A stretch of 64,000 nt of DNA from Selaginella moellendorffii (Eukaryota; Plantae; Lycopodiophyta). Position numbers and translations under genes: made by a program. The notes under the pieces were generated by a model, which saw only the letters and a list, made by a program, of their open reading frames with translations, did no database searches and was not told the DNA's origin. Location of the stretch: contig NW_003314282.1 of assembly GCF_000143415.4 (NCBI RefSeq), positions 717,700-781,699 of the forward strand, read 5' to 3'. Positions 61,251 to 64,000 of the stretch are shown here, in pieces. Position 1 is the stretch's first letter; every line of letters begins with the position of its first letter.

Positions 61251-64000
61251 ATGGATTGTCCTCGCACGCCTCTCCTTGGATCAAGCTCCATTTCCAATGA
61301 TCATGGTTCGTCTTGGAAAGATTCGCTCTTCTTCTCGTGGCTCAATCCTCTGCTTGCCATCGGCGCCAAGAAGCCACTCCAGCGATGCGATGTTCCAGCG
61401 CTGCGCGACCAGGATGACACCGCCGAGAGAACACACGCGGGATTGATCCAAGCGCTATCCAAGGTAGGAGACGATCACACCCCCTCGAGCCTCTTCTGGG
61501 CGATCGCGCGATGCCACTGGCGGGAGATCTGGCGCACAGGAGCGCTGGCACTGGTGAAAACCATCGCCATCTCTTGTAACCCACTGTTCCTCCGCTACTT
61601 CACGAGCTTCGTTGCTGCTAGCAATGGTGGCGGTGGCTTGCCGGCGAGAACAAGAGGCTATCTTCTCGTGGCCGCCCTCTTCTCCGCTAAGATCCTCGAA
61701 TGTCTGTCACAGCGACACTGGTTCTTTGGCGCTCGCCGCCTGGGCCTTCGCCTTCGATCGTCGATCGTCGCCGCCATCTACGCCAAGGAGCTCAAGCTCT
61801 CGCATCAATCCCGCCAACGCCATGCCAGCGGCGAGATCGTCAGCTACATCTCTGTGGATGCCTATCGCCTGGGAGAGTTTTTCTGGTGGTCTCACCAGCT
61901 CTGGACGGTTCCACTCCAGATCTCCATCGCTCTCGCCATCTTGGTCTCCACTGTTGGCCTGGCAACGCTCTCGGGGCTGCTCGTCATCCTCATCACCGCC
62001 GCCATCCAAGCTCCACTCGCGAAGATCCAGCAGCGAAACCAGTATAACTTGATGGTTGCCCAGGATCAGCGATTGCGAGTGAGCAGCTCCATTCTCTCCA
62101 GCATGAAGATCATCAAGCTCCAGGCCTGGGAGAGATACTTCCAGCAACTTATCGAAAGCTTTCGTGCTCGAGAGTATGCGTGGCTCTATGGAGTGAAGCA
62201 AATCTGGGCTGCCGGGAGCGTCATGTTTTGGATGTCTCCGGTCGTCACCGCCTCGGTGGTCTTCGCGACTTGCATCCCTCTCTCGATCAAGCTCGATGCC
62301 ACGCTCGTGTTCACAGTGCTCGCCACGTTTCGGGTGATTCAAGAGCCCGTGAGAAATCTTCCCGACGTTCTTACCGCGATGATCCAAGCTCGGGTGTCGC
62401 TCGAGAGGCTCTCCAAGTTCTTCCAGGACGCGGAGCTGCAAGAGGACGCAGTGGAGAGGGATTTTTTCTCGCGGCAACACGACGTGATCTCTATTGACTC
62501 GGCCACCTTCGCCTGGGAAGAAACTGGAAAGTTCTCTTTGGCGGATTTGAGCTTGAAAATCACGAGAGGAGAGCTCATCGCAGTTTGTGGTGCTGTTGGA
62601 TCTGGAAAATCTACACTCTTGCATTCGATTCTTGGGGAAGTTCCAAGATTTTCTGGCAAGGTACTTATCTCGTTTTGCTTTTCGACAAGATAACGCTTGT
62701 AAACCATCACTTTGTAGGCCAAAGTTTGTGGAAGCATAGGTTACGTCTCGCAGACCGCTTGGATCCGGAGTGGTAGCGTTCGAGAGAACATTTTATTCGG
62801 GGAGGCCATGGACAAAACTTTCTACGAGCGAGTGATCAAGGCTTGTGCTCTCGAGGAAGATCTCGCAGGCTTCTCTCACGGGGATTTAACCGAGATTGGT
62901 GAGCGAGGACTCAACTTGAGCGGGGGGCAGAAGCAAAGGCTCCAACTCGCGAGAGCTTTGTACGCGAATGCGGAGATTTATCTTTTGGACGATCCTTTTA
63001 GCGCTGTTGATGCTCAAACTGCTGCTACGTTGTTCCAGGCAAGTCTAGTTTCTTTTTAGCCTCTCTTTGATATCTTTGACAGGCATGTATACTCCAACAA
63101 CTGAGGAACAAAACAGTGATATTGGTTACTCACCAAGTGGAGTTTCTTTCATCAGTGGACAAGATCCTGGTATGTTTTGCCGTCAACTTCTCTGACAATC
63201 GATTATCAATTCTTTTTCTACGATTCAGGTGATGGAGTCTGGACGCATTGTCCAGTCCGGGAGCTACCAAGAACTTCTCATCAGCTCCGGGAATATTTTT
63301 TCGAGGCTCGTGAACGCTCACGAGGACTCTTTTATCTTCCAAGTTCATCACACCAACAACGAAAGCCATCGCCACGAAACCTATCAAAGACAGCTCTCGA
63401 AGTCGAGCGAGAACAAAACTTCTTACCAACAATTGATCCAGGACGAAGAGATCGCAGCAGGGAACCTGGGACTAAAACCATACCTCGACTACATCGACGG
63501 AAGTGGTAGTCGATCTTTGCTGGGATTAGTGCTCGTTTTCCAAGCTCTCTTCGTTTTTGGAGTGCTTTCGAGCAACTATTGGCTGGCCACACAAGTTGCG
63601 AATCCCAACACGAGCGTCCAAACTTTGATCGGGGTTTTCACAGCGATCTCCTTCGCCAGCACTGGACTTGTCTATGCCAGAGCTCGATTCCTTGTTAGCA
63701 TCGGCTTGCGAGCTTCTCGGGCCTTCTTCTCGGGTCTTATAAACTCGCTCTTTCGTGCACCCATGGCGATGTTTGATTCAACTCCACTCGGGAGGATTCT
63801 CAGCAGAGTACGCTTCCTTTTCTTCCTTTCTTTTTACTCAGTGTTCATTGTTTCCAGGCTTCGTCGGATATGAGCATTTTGGACGTAGAAGTGCAAAGCT
63901 ACTTCAATTTTTCCTTATCGGGATTGTCCGAAATGGTCGGAATGGTGGTGATTATCACGCTCGTCACCTGGCAAATCCTCTTTGTAGCCATTCCAACCTT
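61251..64000 (+). CDS. ABC transporter subfamily C (MRP), short form without TMD0; continues beyond the window
   Basis: [20 protein letters not shown], Walker [47 protein letters not shown]. Confidence 0.95.

Noticed and set aside
59407-62737. Long antisense ORFs (59407-60210, 60355-60993, 61707-62624)
   Set aside because: Shadow frames of GC-rich coding sequence on the opposite strand.

Overview
Eukaryotic, land-plant genomic DNA with compact genes and very short (about 40-70 nt) introns, PLS-type PPR remnants and two assembly gaps. These traits suggest a Selaginella-like lycophyte, which is an inference. The window has five parts. (1) 1-8.1 kb and 48.9-57.2 kb are two near-identical copies of a block. 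Each block holds a tandemly duplicated head-to-head RMI1/oligopeptidase B pair with an intronless Ser/Thr kinase in between. Only the left block keeps an intact RMI1 and only the right block keeps an intact oligopeptidase B. The left oligopeptidase copy breaks inside an intron and is joined to the 3' half of a RadA/Sms gene. (2) 9.7-15 kb holds small gene fragments (ABCC, PICKLE, PPR) and an intact, intronless, bacterial-type secreted LamG gene. (3) 15-41 kb is a retrotransposon nest: a young non-autonomous LTR element (TSD TATAA, LTRs about 99% identical), a decayed chromovirus, a second decayed Ty3/gypsy family and TA/TATG microsatellites. (4) 42-48.7 kb is a Helitron Rep remnant embedded in a mosaic of host-gene fragments (ArfGAP-C2, NIC1, CWC15, WDR82, MAPKKK, DUF2358), next to an unusual PP2C-like plus macrodomain chimeric gene. 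(5) 58-64 kb has a divergent PEBP (FT/MFT-family) protein with a signal peptide, a plant-mobile-domain-like coiled-coil gene and an ABCC transporter running off the window. All family assignments come from motif recognition by eye; no database searches were run.
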